From positions 11,160,001 through 11,224,000 of the forward strand of contig OZ024766.1 in the NCBI GenBank assembly GCA_964016885.1: a DNA stretch of 64,000 bases, read 5' to 3'. Positions 36,721 to 49,698 of this stretch are shown piece by piece; positions within the stretch are counted from its first letter, which is position 1; every line of letters starts with the position of its first letter. The notes below the pieces were generated by a model. The model searched no databases. It was not told the DNA's origin and worked only from the letters and a program-made list of their open reading frames with translations. Origin of the DNA: Eledone cirrhosa (Eukaryota). The translations under genes and the position numbers were made by a program.

Positions 36721-36868
36721 TGTGTGTGTATGTCTGTGTGTGTGCCATTATCACCTGACCTGGCATTGCTCACTACAGAATAACTCATCTAACCCATGCC
36801 AGCATTGAAAAATGGACATTAAACGATGATGATGATGATATATATATATATATATATATATCTCTCCC

Positions 36869-36899
<31 letters not shown>

Positions 36900-37069
36900 G
36901 CACACACATACACATATATATATATATATATACATACATACAATGAAACTGAGGTTCCACTGTATATATCTCATCGTGAACATTTTTTCCAGACATAAGA
37001 TCTCTCAATTGATGAAAGGTTTCTCGAGAAGCAAACATCCAAGCTGGCAACAACAGTGGGCAAAAGACT

Positions 37070-37930
37070 GAGTATTGGTGGGAAAGCATCACTTGCTGTG
37101 TAGTTAGTTACCATGATGATATCTGTCTGTCATACACAGTCACTCTCTCTCTCTCACTGTGTTTTTCTCTCAATATTTCATATGGGAAGAAATAGTTTCC
37201 GCGTTTTACGAACATACATACCTACATACCATCACTATACTTGGAGTATTGGTGGGAAAGCATCACTTGCTGTGTAGTTAGTTACCATGATGATATCTGT
37301 CTGTCATACACAGTCACTCTCTCTCTCTCACTGTGTTTTTCTCTCAATATTTCATCTGGGGAGAAATAGTTTCTGCGTTTTACGAACATACATACCTACA
37401 TACCATCACTATACTTGGAGTATTGGTGGGGAAAGCATCACTTGCTGTGTAGTTAGTTACCATGATGATATCTGTCTGTCATACACAGTCACTCTCTCTC
37501 TCTCACTGTGTTTTTCTCTCAATATTTCATATGGGAAGAAATAGTTTCCGCGTTTTACGAACATACATACCTACATACCATCACTATACTTGGAGTATTG
37601 GTGGGAAAGCATCACTTGCTGTGTAGTTAGTTACCATGATGATATCTGTCTGTCATACACAGTCACTCTCTCTCTCTCACTGTGTTTTTCTCTCAATATT
37701 TCATATGGGGAGAAATAGTTTCTGCGTTTTACGAACATGCATACCTACATACCATCACTATACTTGGAGTATTGGTGGAAAAGCATCACTTGCTGTGTAG
37801 TTAGTTACCATGATGATATCTGTCTGTCATACACAGTCTCTCTCACTGTGTTTTTCTCTCAATATTTCATATGGGGAAAAATAGTTTCCACGGTTTACGA
37901 ACATACATACCTACATACCATCACTATACT
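37070..37930. repeat. 174-bp tandem repeat, ~5 copies
   Basis: GAGTATTGGTGG starts at 37070, 37244, 37418, 37593 and 37767. Confidence 0.92.
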
Positions 37931-38107
37931 ACAGACCAATAGACCATCCCCACACTCCCACCACACCCTCAACCACAATACATTCTACCACTACTACCAC
38001 CATACCATCAATACTACCTTTGCTTACCATTACTTCTCCGGAAATACCACTGTGATGGTATTTTACCCACCACAACACTGACTGCTTCTTCTCAGACACA
38101 TACATAC

Positions 38108-38144
<37 letters not shown>

Positions 38145-38146
38145 TA

Positions 38147-38760
38147 GTTTTAGTGTACAGCGTTGTTTGACTCCACAAGAGGTTTACGTAGGTGGTGAGT
38201 TTATGATTTCACTTGTATTCCTATGTAAGTTTATCTTGGAGTAATAATATTGAAAAAATGGAGAATAACATGGTCAACAGTACAAATAAGAGTTTTATTT
38301 ACAGTCTGACAATTGTTTCACCGATTAAGTTGTCTAAAAATTGCTGAACACTTGAAGCAGTGCCACTCAATTTTAAATACGTTGTTAGCTTAACCAGATC
38401 ATCAGAGATACGTTGTTAGCTTAACCATTTTACCTCCGATGATTTGGTTAAGCTAACAACGTATCTCTGATGATTTGGTTAAGCTAACAACGTATCTCTG
38501 ATGATTTGGTTAAGCTAACAACGTATTTAAAATTGAGTGGCACAGCTTCAAGTGTTCAGCAATTTTTAGACAACTTAATCAGTGAAACAATTGTCAGACT
38601 GTAAATAAATCTCCTTGTTTGTACTGTTGACCATGTTATTCTCCATTTTTTTCAATATTATTACTCCAAGATAAACTTACATAGGAATACAAGTGAAATC
38701 ATAAACTTGCCATCTACGTAAACCTCTTGTGGAGTCAAACAACGCCGTACACTAAAACTA
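38147..38760. mobile_element. Fold-back element (~280-bp arms) with a hammerhead motif in each arm (38305-38408 minus; 38495-38598 plus)
   Basis: Near-perfect inverted repeat beginning at (TA)n; UCU-CUGAUGA-long stem II-GAAA-CAAUUG-UC-AGA (canonical GUC site). Confidence 0.75.
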
Positions 38761-38966
38761 TCCATGATACAAAGTATTCACAACCTCTAACAACCGGATT
38801 ACCTACAATATTTTGTTATCCCTTATATATATATATATATAATAATAGGATATGTGTTCCTATACGCACAAAGCGCTAAGGGACACATGTATTGTTCAAC
38901 CATATGCTAATGTGGTTCAATGGCAGGTTAATAAATTAACGAGCCAGAACATATATAATCAACCTG

Positions 38967-38999
<33 letters not shown>

Positions 39000-39001
<2 letters not shown>

Positions 39002-39306
39002 GATATTAACAAATGGAAACTATATTTATAAAACCATATCTATTTTATTATACATATTTCAAGGATACCATGTTAAATTATGGTACGCTTTCATCAGACA
39101 AAATACAATATAATTTTTATAAATTATATATATTTTTATAAAATATATATAATTTTTGAAAGGGTATGTCAATATTTATTTATAAAACTGGTATATATTG
39201 TATTTTGTCTGATGAAAGCACACCATAATTTAACTTGGTATCCTTGAAATATGTATAATAAAATAGATATGGTTTTATAAATATAGTTTCCATTTGTTAA
39301 TATCGT
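39000..39306. mobile_element. Fold-back element with hammerhead motifs (39041-39105 minus; 39201-39265 plus)
   Basis: Inverted arms, each UAUUUUGU-CUGAUGA-AAGC..ACCA/UGGU.UCCUU-GAAA-UAUGUA-UA-AUAAAAUA; (TA)n flank. Confidence 0.78.
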
Positions 39307-39406
39307 ATGTTTACTCCAAATACTTGTTGAGTGCTTTATATCAGTTATAAAAATATTTGCTTGTTGTATCCCAACAATTTAAATAGAACTTTTGCATATA
39401 TATATA

Positions 39407-39446
<40 letters not shown>

Positions 39447-39547
39447 TATACATATATATACATATATATATATACATATATATACATATATATACATATA
39501 TATACATATATATACATATATATATATACATATATACATATATATAC

Positions 39548-39580
<33 letters not shown>

Positions 39581-39645
39581 CATATATATACATATATACA
39601 TATATATACATATATATACATATATACATATATATACATATATAC

Positions 39646-39686
<41 letters not shown>

Positions 39687-39846
39687 TATACATATATATA
39701 TACATATATATACATATATATACATATATATACATATATATACATATATATACATATATATACACATATATATACATATATATACATATATACACATATA
39801 TATACATATATATATACATATATATATATATATACATATATATACA

Positions 39847-39878
<32 letters not shown>

Positions 39879-40112
39879 CATGCACCACCCATCTGTAAGT
39901 ACACATACACACATGTATACAGACATACATATATACCTTGTTATTATGAGGTTGATGATAAAATAAAGTACCAGTCATGCCCTGGGGTTGATTACATCGA
40001 CTTTCCCCCCTCTCCACAAATTGCTGGCCCTGTGCCAAATTTAGAAACCAATTTTATTTGTTTAATTATTTTATAATTATTTTAATTAATTTTTTAATTT
40101 ATACTGCTGTAT

Positions 40113-40176
<64 letters not shown>

Positions 40177-40588
40177 GTGAAATAAAATATATATAAATCT
40201 ATATATAAATTTCTGCAATTCTGTCACAACATGTAAAGAGAGAGTAGTTTGATTACCTCATACCTCTCCTCTTTGTTTGCTGCCTGCGTCAATGTGTGTG
40301 TGTGTAAAAGGAAGGAAGGGAATTGTGAGTGTATGTTTGTGTAAATGTATGTGTTAATGTGAATGTATGTGTTAGTGTGAATGTATGTGTTAATGTGAAT
40401 GTATGTCTGTGAGTGTATTTTTTTGTGTGTGTTTGCGCGTTAATTATATACTCATATAAGTGTACGCATATGCTCACATACACACACGTCAGTATATGGA
40501 AAAAATTCTACTATATACTTGGCATGGTAATAAGGTCTTTAGATTAACCCTTTAAATGAAAATGCACAACATATTGAAACTAAAATTT

Positions 40589-40824
40589 ATTTATTCTGCA
40601 AAAAACAATCTCCATTGAATACAATAACATCTTTACAGTGTTTATGTAAAACATTTAACTCTTTCTGGAACCGTTCCTTTGGCAATAGTCGAAACCAACG
40701 CAACAATTCATCTACCATCACTTCGAATGAAGCGGAAACAAATTTTCAAAGATGTCACTTTAATAACTTGAACACCCAAAGGTCGCACAAATTTAAATCG
40801 GGGCTATAGGGTGATTGGTTGATC
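40589..40824 (-). pseudogene. Mariner/Tc1 transposase C-terminal relic
   Basis: NQSPYSPDLNLCDLWVFKLLK*HL*...CKDVIVFNGDCF; YSPDL motif; in-frame stops. Confidence 0.8.
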
Positions 40825-41375
40825 AATCCCGCTCTTCTCCTCTGGAAAAAAGTCTTTGTGGATTGAGCAGTTCGATGTGTGGATTATAAACTCAGAAGAA
40901 AGACAGCAAAATAATTATGTATAGGCCTGTGACAAAATACAGCATTCATACAGAATATAACACGTGTACAAAGTTCAAATTCAAACTAATATTAACTACA
41001 ATTATTGATCAATGCCACTCTTCTCCTCTGGAAAAAGTCTTTTGTGGATTGAGCAGTTCGATGTGTGGATTATAAACTCAGAAGAAAGACAGCAAAATAA
41101 TTATGTATAGGCCTGTGACAAAATACAGCATTCATACAGAATATAACACGTGTACAAAGTTCAAATTCAAACTAATATTAACTACAATTATTGATCAATG
41201 CCACTCTTCTCCTCTGGAAAAAGTCTTTTGTGGATTGAGCAGTTCGATGTGTGGATTATAAACTCAGAAGAAAGACAGCAAAATAATTATGTATAGGCCT
41301 GTGACAAAATATAGCATTCATACAGAATATAACACGTGTACAAAGTTCAAATTCAAACTAATATTAACTACATTT
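40820..41375. repeat. 186-bp tandem repeat, ~3 copies
   Basis: GATTGAGCAG at 40861, 41047 and 41233. Confidence 0.9.
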
Positions 41376-41559
41376 ATTGCTATATATGGCATGCAGCCTA
41401 CTATTGTAAAGACTTTATTGCCACACCAAGTATATACGTTTCTGGGTTTTGTCCTGTTGTGTGACCCCTTGGTAGAAATGTCTTTTACTATATACCGTAT
41501 TTCCCCGTGTCGAAGACGTTACTTCTTTCCTAAAATAATTCTAAAAAATATACCATGGT

Positions 41560-43628
41560 ACCACAACATCCAGTCCTAAACAAATGAGGTCGTGTAGGTG
41601 TCACGACAAAAAAACACACAGTCCACGCTGTAATGTGGCTGTGTAGGTAACACGGTAAAAACCTCCCACTTCCACACTGTAAACGTGGTTGGTGTTAGGA
41701 GGGGCATCCAGCGGTAGAAAACCCGCCAGACGTGTAGGTGTCACGACAAAAAAACACACAGTACACGCTGTAATGTGGCTGTGTAGGTAACACGGTAAAA
41801 ACCTCCCAGTTCCACACTGTAAACGTGGTTGGTGTTTGGAGGGGCATCCAGCCGTAGAAAACCCGCCAGACGTGTAGGTGTCACGACAAAAAAACACACA
41901 GTCCACGCTGTAATGTGGCTGTGTAGGTAACACGGTAAAAACCTCCCAGTTCCACACTGTAAACGTGGTTGGTGTTAGGAGGGGCATCCAGCCGTAGAAA
42001 ACCCGCCAGACGTGTAGGTGTCACGACAAAAAAAACACACAGTCTATGCTGTAATGTGGCTGTGTAGGTAACACGGTAAAAACCTCCCAGTTCCACACTG
42101 TAAACGTGGTTGGTGTTAGGAGGGGCATCCAGCCGTAGAAAACCCGCCAGACGTGTAGGTGTCACGACAAAAAAACACACAGTCCACGCTGTAATGTGGT
42201 TGTGTAGGTAACACGGTAAAAACCTCCCAGTTCCACACTGTAAACGTGGTTGGTGTTGGGAGGGGCATCCAGCCGTAGAAAACCCGCCAGACGTGTAGGT
42301 GTCACGACAAAAAAACACACAGTCCACGCTGTAATGTGGCTGTGTAGGTAACACGGTAAAAACCTCCCAGTTCCACACTGTAAACGTGGTTGGTGTTAGG
42401 AGGGGCATCCAGCCGTAGAAAACCCGCCAGACGTGTAGGTGTCACGACAAAAAAACACACAGTCCATGCTGTAATGTGGCTGTGTAGGTAACACGGTAAA
42501 AACCTCCCAGTTCCACACTGTAAACGTGGTTGGTGTTAGGAGGGGCATCCAGCCGTAGAAAACCCGCCAGACGTGTAGGTGTCACGACAAAAAAACACAC
42601 AGTACACGCTGTAATGTGGCTGTGTAGGTAACACGGTAAAAACCTCCCAGTTCCACACTGTAAACGTGGTTGGTGTTAGGAGGGGCATCCAGCCGTAGAA
42701 AACCCGCCAGACGTGTAGGTGTCACGACAAAAAAACACACAGTCCATGCTGTAATGTGGCTGTGTAGGTAACACGGTAAAAACCTCCCAGTTCCACACTG
42801 TAAACGTGGTTGGTGTTAGGAGGGGCATCCAGCCGTAGAAAACCCGCCAGACGTGTAGGTGTCACAGCAAAAAAACACACAGTCCATGCTGTAATGTGGC
42901 TGTGTAGGTAACACGGTAAAAACCTCCCAGTTCCACACTGTAAACGTGGTTGGTGTTAGGAGGGGCATCCAGCCGTAGAAAACCCGCCAGACGTGTAGGT
43001 GTCACAACAAAAAAACACACAGTCCACGCTGTAATGTGGCCGTGTAGGTAACACGGTAAAAACCTCCCAGTTCCACACTGTAAACGTGGTTGGTGTTAGG
43101 AGGGGCATCCAGCCGTAGAAAACCCGCCAGACGTGTAGGTGTCACGACAAAAAAACACACAGTCCATGCTGTAATGTGGCTGTGTAGGTAACACGGTAAA
43201 AACCTCCCAGTTCCACACTGTAAACGTGGTTGGTGTTAGGAGGGGCATCCAGCCGTAGAAAACCCGCCAGACGTGTAGGTGTCACAACAAAAAAAACACA
43301 CAGTCCACGCTGTAATGTGGCTGTGTAGGTAACACGGTAAAAACTTCCCAGTTCCACACTGTAAACGTGGTTGGTGTTAGGAAGGGCATCCAGCTGTAGA
43401 AAACCCGCCAGACAGTCCACGCTGTAATGTGGCCGTGTAGGCAACACGGTAAAAACCTCCCAGCCCCACACTGTAAACGTGGTTGGTGTTAGGAAGGGCA
43501 TCCAGCCATAGAAAACCCGCCAGACAGTCCTATGCGAGCAAGACAACCACTCTTGCCTCAAGTGGGAAAACTCCCGTCCGAACCCATGCTAGCGTGGAAG
43601 ATGGACATTAAACGATGATGATGATGAT
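41560..43628 (+). repeat. RTE 3' UTR insertion expanded into a 140-bp tandem array (~13 units) with terminal (ATG)n tail
   Basis: Unit matches the reverse complement of ~12495-12632; ends AACCCATGCTAGCGTGGAAGATGGACATTAAACGATGATG. Confidence 0.92.
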
Positions 43629-43776
43629 ACCACGCGTCCTGGAGGCTGAAAGCTGCATTTTTCATTATTTTTTTTTTCAAATTTTTTGTTGCCAAAATTA
43701 GGGTGCATCCTCTGGGACAAAGCGTCTTCAGCGCTGGGAAATACAGTAGTTTAGATTTGACCAATGTCCTGTAAAT

Positions 43777-43995
43777 CAGGCATTTCAAACTGAGGGTTCC
43801 CCGAGGGCCCCATGGGTCACATGTGTTGTCTGAGGGCCACACACGACACCTAATTGTGCACATTACAATTAATTTTTTTAAATTTTATATTATGAAGATA
43901 AAACATGCTTGCGCTGGAAAAACCGTTGTGAGGGCCGCAGGTGTGCTTGTAAAGGGTCGCATGGGGCCCCGCGGGCCGCATGTTTGATATGCCTG
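43777..43995. mobile_element. hAT (Charlie-like) MITE
   Basis: TIRs CAGGCATTTCAAAC / GTTTGATATGCCTG; 8-bp TSD CTGTAAAT/TTGTAAAT. Confidence 0.82.
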
Positions 43996-45539
43996 TTGTA
44001 AATAATTGTTTCTACTTTTGGCACAAGGCCAGCAATTATACCAGTGTATTACTGGTACTTTATTTTATTGACTCTGTAAGGATGAAAGGCAAAGTTAACC
44101 TCGGCGGGATTTGAACTCAGATCATAAAGGGACGTAACTCTTCGCTGCAAAGCATGGCGTCCGACCCTCTACCGATATTGCCAATAAATAAAGGGACGTA
44201 ACTCTTGTAAATAATTATTTCTACTTTTGGCACAAGGCCAGCAAAGACCCAGTACATTACTGGTACTTTATTTTATCGACCCCGTATGGATGAAAGGCAA
44301 AGTCAACCTCGGCGGGATTTGAACTCAGACCATAAAGGGACGTAACTCTTGTAAATAATTGTTTCTACTTTTGGCACAAGGCCAGCAATTATACCAGTGT
44401 ATTACTGGTACTTTATTTTATCGACCCCGTAAGGATGAAAGGCAAAGTTAACCTCGGCGGGATTTGAAATCAGATCATAAAGGGACGTAACTATGCTAGA
44501 AAGCATGGCTTCCGACCCTCTACCGATACTGCCAATCCACCTCCATAACTGCCAATCCCCCTTTCAATTCAGTCAAAACCAAGAAACTATTTTGAAAATA
44601 AATAAGAAAAAGGACCAGTTTATAGACAAGAACTAATTTTAATGCAGTTTACTTGTATTGTTTTAAATTTCAATTATGTTTTCGCTAGAAAATATATTTA
44701 ACTTGTGTAATCATTCTATGGGAGTAATTAATATACTAACAGAACGTTTAACTAGACATTTCTGCCAGTGTAAAGACTTCAAACTTACGCCAAATTTTAA
44801 GTTACCTGTCGGTAATCTGAAATCGCTTTTGAACCTGATTTCAAATTACCCCGCATCAGTAAATAATTGTTTCTACTTTAGGCACAAGGCCAGCAATTAC
44901 CCAGTGCATTACTGGTACTTTATTTTATCGACCCCCGTAAGGATGAAAGGCAAAGTCAACCTCGGCGGGATTTGAACTCAGATCGTAAAGGGACGTAACT
45001 ATGCTGGAAAGCATGGCGTCCAACCCTCTACTGATACTGCCAATCCACCACCGCATCAGTAAATAATTGTTTCTACTTTAGGCACAAGGCCATCAATTAA
45101 CCAGTACATTACTGGTACTTTATTTTATCGACCCCGTAAGGATGAAAGGCAAAGTCAACCTCGGCGGGATTTGAACTCAGATCGTAAAGGGACATAACTA
45201 TGCTGGAAAGCATGGCGTCCAACCCTCTCCTGATACTGCCAATCCACCACCGCATCAGTAAATAATTGTTTCTACTTTAGGCACAAGGCCAGCAATTACC
45301 CAGTTCATTACTGGTACTTTATTTTATCGACCCCGTAAGGATGAAAGGTAAAGTTAACCTCGGCGGGATTTGAACTCAGAATGGCAAGGGCCGTAACTCT
45401 ATGCGTCAAAGCATGGCGTCCGACCCTCTACCGATACTGCCAATCCACCGTAAATAATATTTGGTAGACAGACAAGCATCAGATTTGTCTTCGCCCCGCT
45501 TACCCGAAGGCCAAGCTTTGCTGATTCCTCTGGTACAGA

Positions 45540-45690
45540 CAGGTCCTCAGCTTTCTACCAGGGCCTTATTCTTGTTCGACGCAGCGGCTGAAGTAGGCCC
45601 CACACCAGATGGCTAGATATCATCAAGGAAGGTCTCCGGAGGCTCAACATCACTTTTGAGAATGCAAAGGAGCTGGTTGGTTCAGGAACG
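45540..45690 (+). mobile_element. Old non-LTR (RTE-like) C-terminal relic
   Basis: Translates to RRSG*SRPHTRWLDIIKEGLRRLNITFENAKELV, similar to the GRPxxRWxDxIxxD tail of RTE-like ORFs. Confidence 0.55.
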
Positions 45691-46206
45691 CAATAACATT
45701 CAAGGTGAGATAACTCATGTTATCAAAATGTACCAAAATAATTTTTTAAAATAGGTGTTTTATAAATATATTTTGGTGGTATTGTCTTAATGAGATCGAA
45801 ACCAATTAAACGTGGTTTGTTAATTAAACAGCAGTAAGAGGCGATTAATTATTTATAAAGAATTTATCACAAAGTTTGGCGCGTTTTGTAGTATTTTAGT
45901 GAAAAGCTGAGCTGAAGATGGTTTTGGTGGAGTGAGGTAAGGGAAATAACTCTAAATCGTGCAGCATAGAAACGTGTGTGTGTGTGTGTGCGAGTGTGTA
46001 TATGTAGGTGTATATATAAATATGTGTATATAGATATATCACACACACACATACACATATATATATTTATTTATATATACATTTTAACATATACATTCAT
46101 TTATACATATATATATACATATATATAGACTATCCAGGAAGCTCCAACCGTTAAGGTTGTCTTTTTTCAGGGTATGTCAATATTTATTTATAAAACAAAT
46201 GTATTG

Positions 46207-46272
46207 TATTTTATCTGATGAAAGCGCACCATAACTTGCTTTGGTGGCCCTTGAAATATGTATAACAGAATA
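46207..46272 (+). ncRNA. Type I hammerhead ribozyme motif (same family as 11719)
   Basis: CUGAUGA-AAGCGCACCA/UGGUGGCCCUU-GAAA-UAUGUA-UA; stem I partly mutated. Confidence 0.65.
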
Positions 46273-46525
46273 TATATGGTTTTATAAATATAGTTTCCAT
46301 TTGTTAATATATTGTATAATTATACATATATCTATACATAATCTATACACATATCTATATATACATATATATAATTTAATATAGCACAGTGAGTGCTATA
46401 TATATATAGCACTCACTGTAAATAAGGTTGGTGTTAGGAAGGGCATCCAGCTGTAGAAATCAAGCCAAATCAGTTCCTGTATGAGCAAGGCATGGTCAGC
46501 CGACCGGACACTGCCCACAACAGGA

Positions 46526-47294
46526 TTCTTCTTCTTCTTCTTCTTCTTCTTCTTCTTCTTCTTCTTCTTCTTCTTCTTCTTCTTCTTCTTCTTCTTCTTC
46601 TTCTTCTTCTTCTTCTTCTTCTTCTTCTTCTTCTTCTTCTTCTTCTTTCTTCTTCTTCTTCTTCTTCTTCTTCTTCTTCTTCTTCTTCTTTCTTCTTCTT
46701 CTTCTTCTTCTTCTTCTTCTTCTTCTTCTTCTTCTTCTTCTTCTTCTTCTTCTTCTTCTTCTTCTTCTTCTTCTTCTTCTTCTTCTTCTTCTTCTTCTTC
46801 TTCTTCTTCTTCTTCTTCTTCTTCTTCTTCTTCTTCTTCTTCTTCTTCTTCTTCTTCTTCTTCTTCTTCTTCTTCTTCTTCTTCTTCTTCTTCTTCTTCT
46901 TCTTCTTCTTCTTCTTCTTCTTCTTCTTCTTCTTCTTCTTCTTCTTCTTCTTCTTCTTCTTCTTCTTCTTCTTCTTCTTCTTCTTCTTCTTCTTCTTCTT
47001 CTTCTTCTTCTTCTTCTTCTTCTTCTTCTTCTTCTTCTTCTTCTTCTTCTTCTTCTTCTTCTTCTTCTTCTTCTTCTTCTTCTTCTTCTTCTTCTTCTTC
47101 TTCTTCTTCTTCTTCTTCTTCTTCTTCTTCTTCTTCTTCTTCTTCTTCTTCTTCTTCTTCTTCTTCTTCTTCTTCTTCTTCTTCTTCTTCTTCTTCTTCT
47201 TCTTCTTCTTCTTCTTCTTCTTCTTCTTCTTCTTCTTCTTCTTCTTCTTCTTCTTCTTCTTCTTCTTCTTCTTCTTCTTCTTCTTCTTCTTCTT
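46526..47294. repeat. (TTC)n tract, ~770 bp, nearly pure
   Basis: Direct inspection; only two phase slips, near 46645 and 46690. Confidence 0.98.
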
Positions 47295-47834
47295 GGGCAC
47301 ATGGCTTAGTGGTTAGAGCATTGGCCTTGCAATCGAAAGGTTGTGAGTTCAATTCTCAGACCGGGTGATGTGATGTGATGTGTTGTGTTGCGTCCTTGAG
47401 CAAGACACTTTATTTCACATTGCTCCAATTTACTCAGCTGTAGAAATGAGATGATAGGGACTGGGGTCCCTATCATTCCACTGTAAAGTGGTCGTGGAGG
47501 TGCCACGGCAAAAAAAGCACCCAGCACTCACTGTAAATGAGGTTGGTGTTAGGAAGGGCATCCAGCTGTAGAAATCAAGCCAGAATCAGTTCCCGTCCCA
47601 CCCTTGCAAGCAGGGAAAAGTGGACATAAAATGATGATGATGATGATGATGATGAGATATACACATATATATATATATAACTACATTTGCAGGCACACTG
47701 TTCAAAGTACTCAATGCTGTTACGGGGTCCTTCTTGTATTCCAGAGTTAAGTCAGATGTAGTGTATAGAGTGTAAATAGAATAGATTATAGAAGAATTGA
47801 AGTCAGTGATGCAGCATATATATAAACTTTATTG

Positions 47835-47923
47835 GCATATTACAATTGTTTCAATATCGATCAGGTCAGGGTACAATCAATGTGATGAGGCCTAGCTCTT
47901 CCTCGAAATCTCATCAGATATGC
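47835..47923 (-). ncRNA. Type I hammerhead ribozyme motif
   Basis: GCAUAU-CUGAUGA-GAUUUCGA...UCGAUAUU-GAAA-CAAUUG-UA-AUAUGC. Confidence 0.75.
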
Positions 47924-47936
47924 GAGTTTATATGTT

Positions 47937-47997
<61 letters not shown>

Positions 47998-48131
47998 AGA
48001 AGTTGTATTTAATTTGTTGGAAGTCCAACAAACATAAATGTTTATAACTGATTTACAATACTATCCAGTGAATTTCCAACCGATAAGGTATGATTTTCAT
48101 GGGTACATCTCTATTTATAAAACAAACTTTG

Positions 48132-48196
48132 TATTTTATCTGATGAAAGCGCACCAATGGTGTCTTGGTTGCCCTTGAAATATATATAATAAAATA
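48132..48196 (+). ncRNA. Type I hammerhead ribozyme motif
   Basis: UAUUUUAU-CUGAUGA-AAGCGCACCAA/UUGGUUGCCCUU-GAAA-UAUAUA-UA-AUAAAAUA. Confidence 0.77.
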
Positions 48197-48233
48197 AATA
48201 TGGTTTTATAAATATAGTTTCCATTTATTTAAT

Positions 48234-48268
<35 letters not shown>

Positions 48269-48479
48269 TACTCAGCTGTAGAAATGAGATAATAGGGACT
48301 GGGGTCCCTATCATTCCACTGCAAAGTGGTCGTGGAGGTGCCACGGCAAAAAAAGCACCCAGCACTCACTGTAAATGAGGTTGGTGTTAGGAAGGGCATC
48401 CAGCCGTAGAAATCAAGCCAGAATCAGTTCCCGTCCCACCCTTGCAAGCAGGGAAAAGCGGACGTAAAATGAAATGAAA

Positions 48480-48538
<59 letters not shown>

Positions 48539-48711
48539 AAAGGTCAACAGAAATAACAACACAATCAGTACAGTATATGGAAGGGATATATTAGGTTAAC
48601 ACAATATAGCAGGAAGAGGGTCTTAACGTTTCGGACGCTAGTCCTTCATTAGAAGAAAGAATGAGAAATTAGATAGATTGAAAGGACGGGCGGTGTAGAA
48701 TAGGAAAAAAT

Positions 48712-49235
48712 GATGTGGTGGTATGGTGTTGTGTAGTGGTGTGGTGTGGTAGTGGTGTGGTGTAGTGGTGTGGTAGTGGTGTGGTGTAGTGGTGTGGTAG
48801 TGGTGTGGTGTGGTGTAGTGGTGTGGTAGTGGTGAGGTAGTGGTGCAGTGGTGGTCCACTTTCGAAAGCAAGGGTGGTGATGTGTAGTGGTGTGGTGTGG
48901 TAGTGGTACTGCAGTGGTGTGGTGTAGTGGTGTGGTGTAGTAGTGTGGTGTGGTAGTGGTGCAGTGGTGGTCCACTTTCGAAAGGAAGGGTAGTGTAGTG
49001 TAGTGGTGTAGTGTAGTGGTGTGGTGTAGTGGTGTGGTGTGGTGTAGTGGTGTGGTGTGGTGTAGTGTAGTGGTGTGGTGTAGTGGTGTGGTGTGGTGTG
49101 GTGTAATGGTGTGGTAGTGGTCCACTTTCGAAAGAAAGGTGGTGGTCCATTATTGAAAGGAAGGTGGTGGTGGTCGTGTTGTAGAGGTCCACTTTCGAAA
49201 GAAAGCTGGTGATGGTGGTCCACTTTCGAAAGGTA
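48712..49235. repeat. (GTGGT/GTAGT)n pentamer mosaic punctuated by GGTCCACTTTCGAAAG
   Basis: The motif occurs five times (48853-49232). Confidence 0.85.
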
Positions 49236-49698
49236 GAGTGGTATGGTGGACCAGTTACGAAAGTGGAGGAGGAACGGACCCATCTTCAGCCTTGGGTGGT
49301 TGTTGTTCTAGATGTTGTGGTTGTTGTTGGTGGTGGTGGAGTAGTGTGCCACTGGAGTGATGGCGAAGGGCAGCAGGGGTTCGCTGAAGTCGTGGTGGCG
49401 GCAAATTGGGTGTGTGTCGCTGGAGTTGTGGCAGTAGCTGGGTGTGTTGCTTCATAACTGAAACTTAACACTGGATTTCTGGCGCCTGTCCTTGATGGAT
49501 CTTTGAAATAACTTATCGCTAGATCTGGAGTCTGTGTTCCGACAGATCAAACCTTGAGCTTACATTACAAGGAGATCTGGAAGTAGATTTAGAAAGATGA
49601 GCTGGAAGATAAGACGTCGATTAGGATATACAGGTCGTATCACCAAATGATCTGAAGTTTGAGTCAGCAGATTAACTGAGCTACAGATAAGTTGAGAT

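Noticed and set aside
27594-36808. Long poly-V/W/C/G/L/T and YI/SL ORFs
   Set aside because: Translations of stop-poor simple repeats; only the embedded MARVEL exon 4 has splice signals and a sensible protein sequence
36960-37100. piggyBac-like LSIDE motif
   Set aside because: Five residues only, with no supporting flanking similarity or TTAA/TIR
46396-47368. Poly-E/K/R/S/F/L ORFs
   Set aside because: Artefacts of the (TTC)n tract
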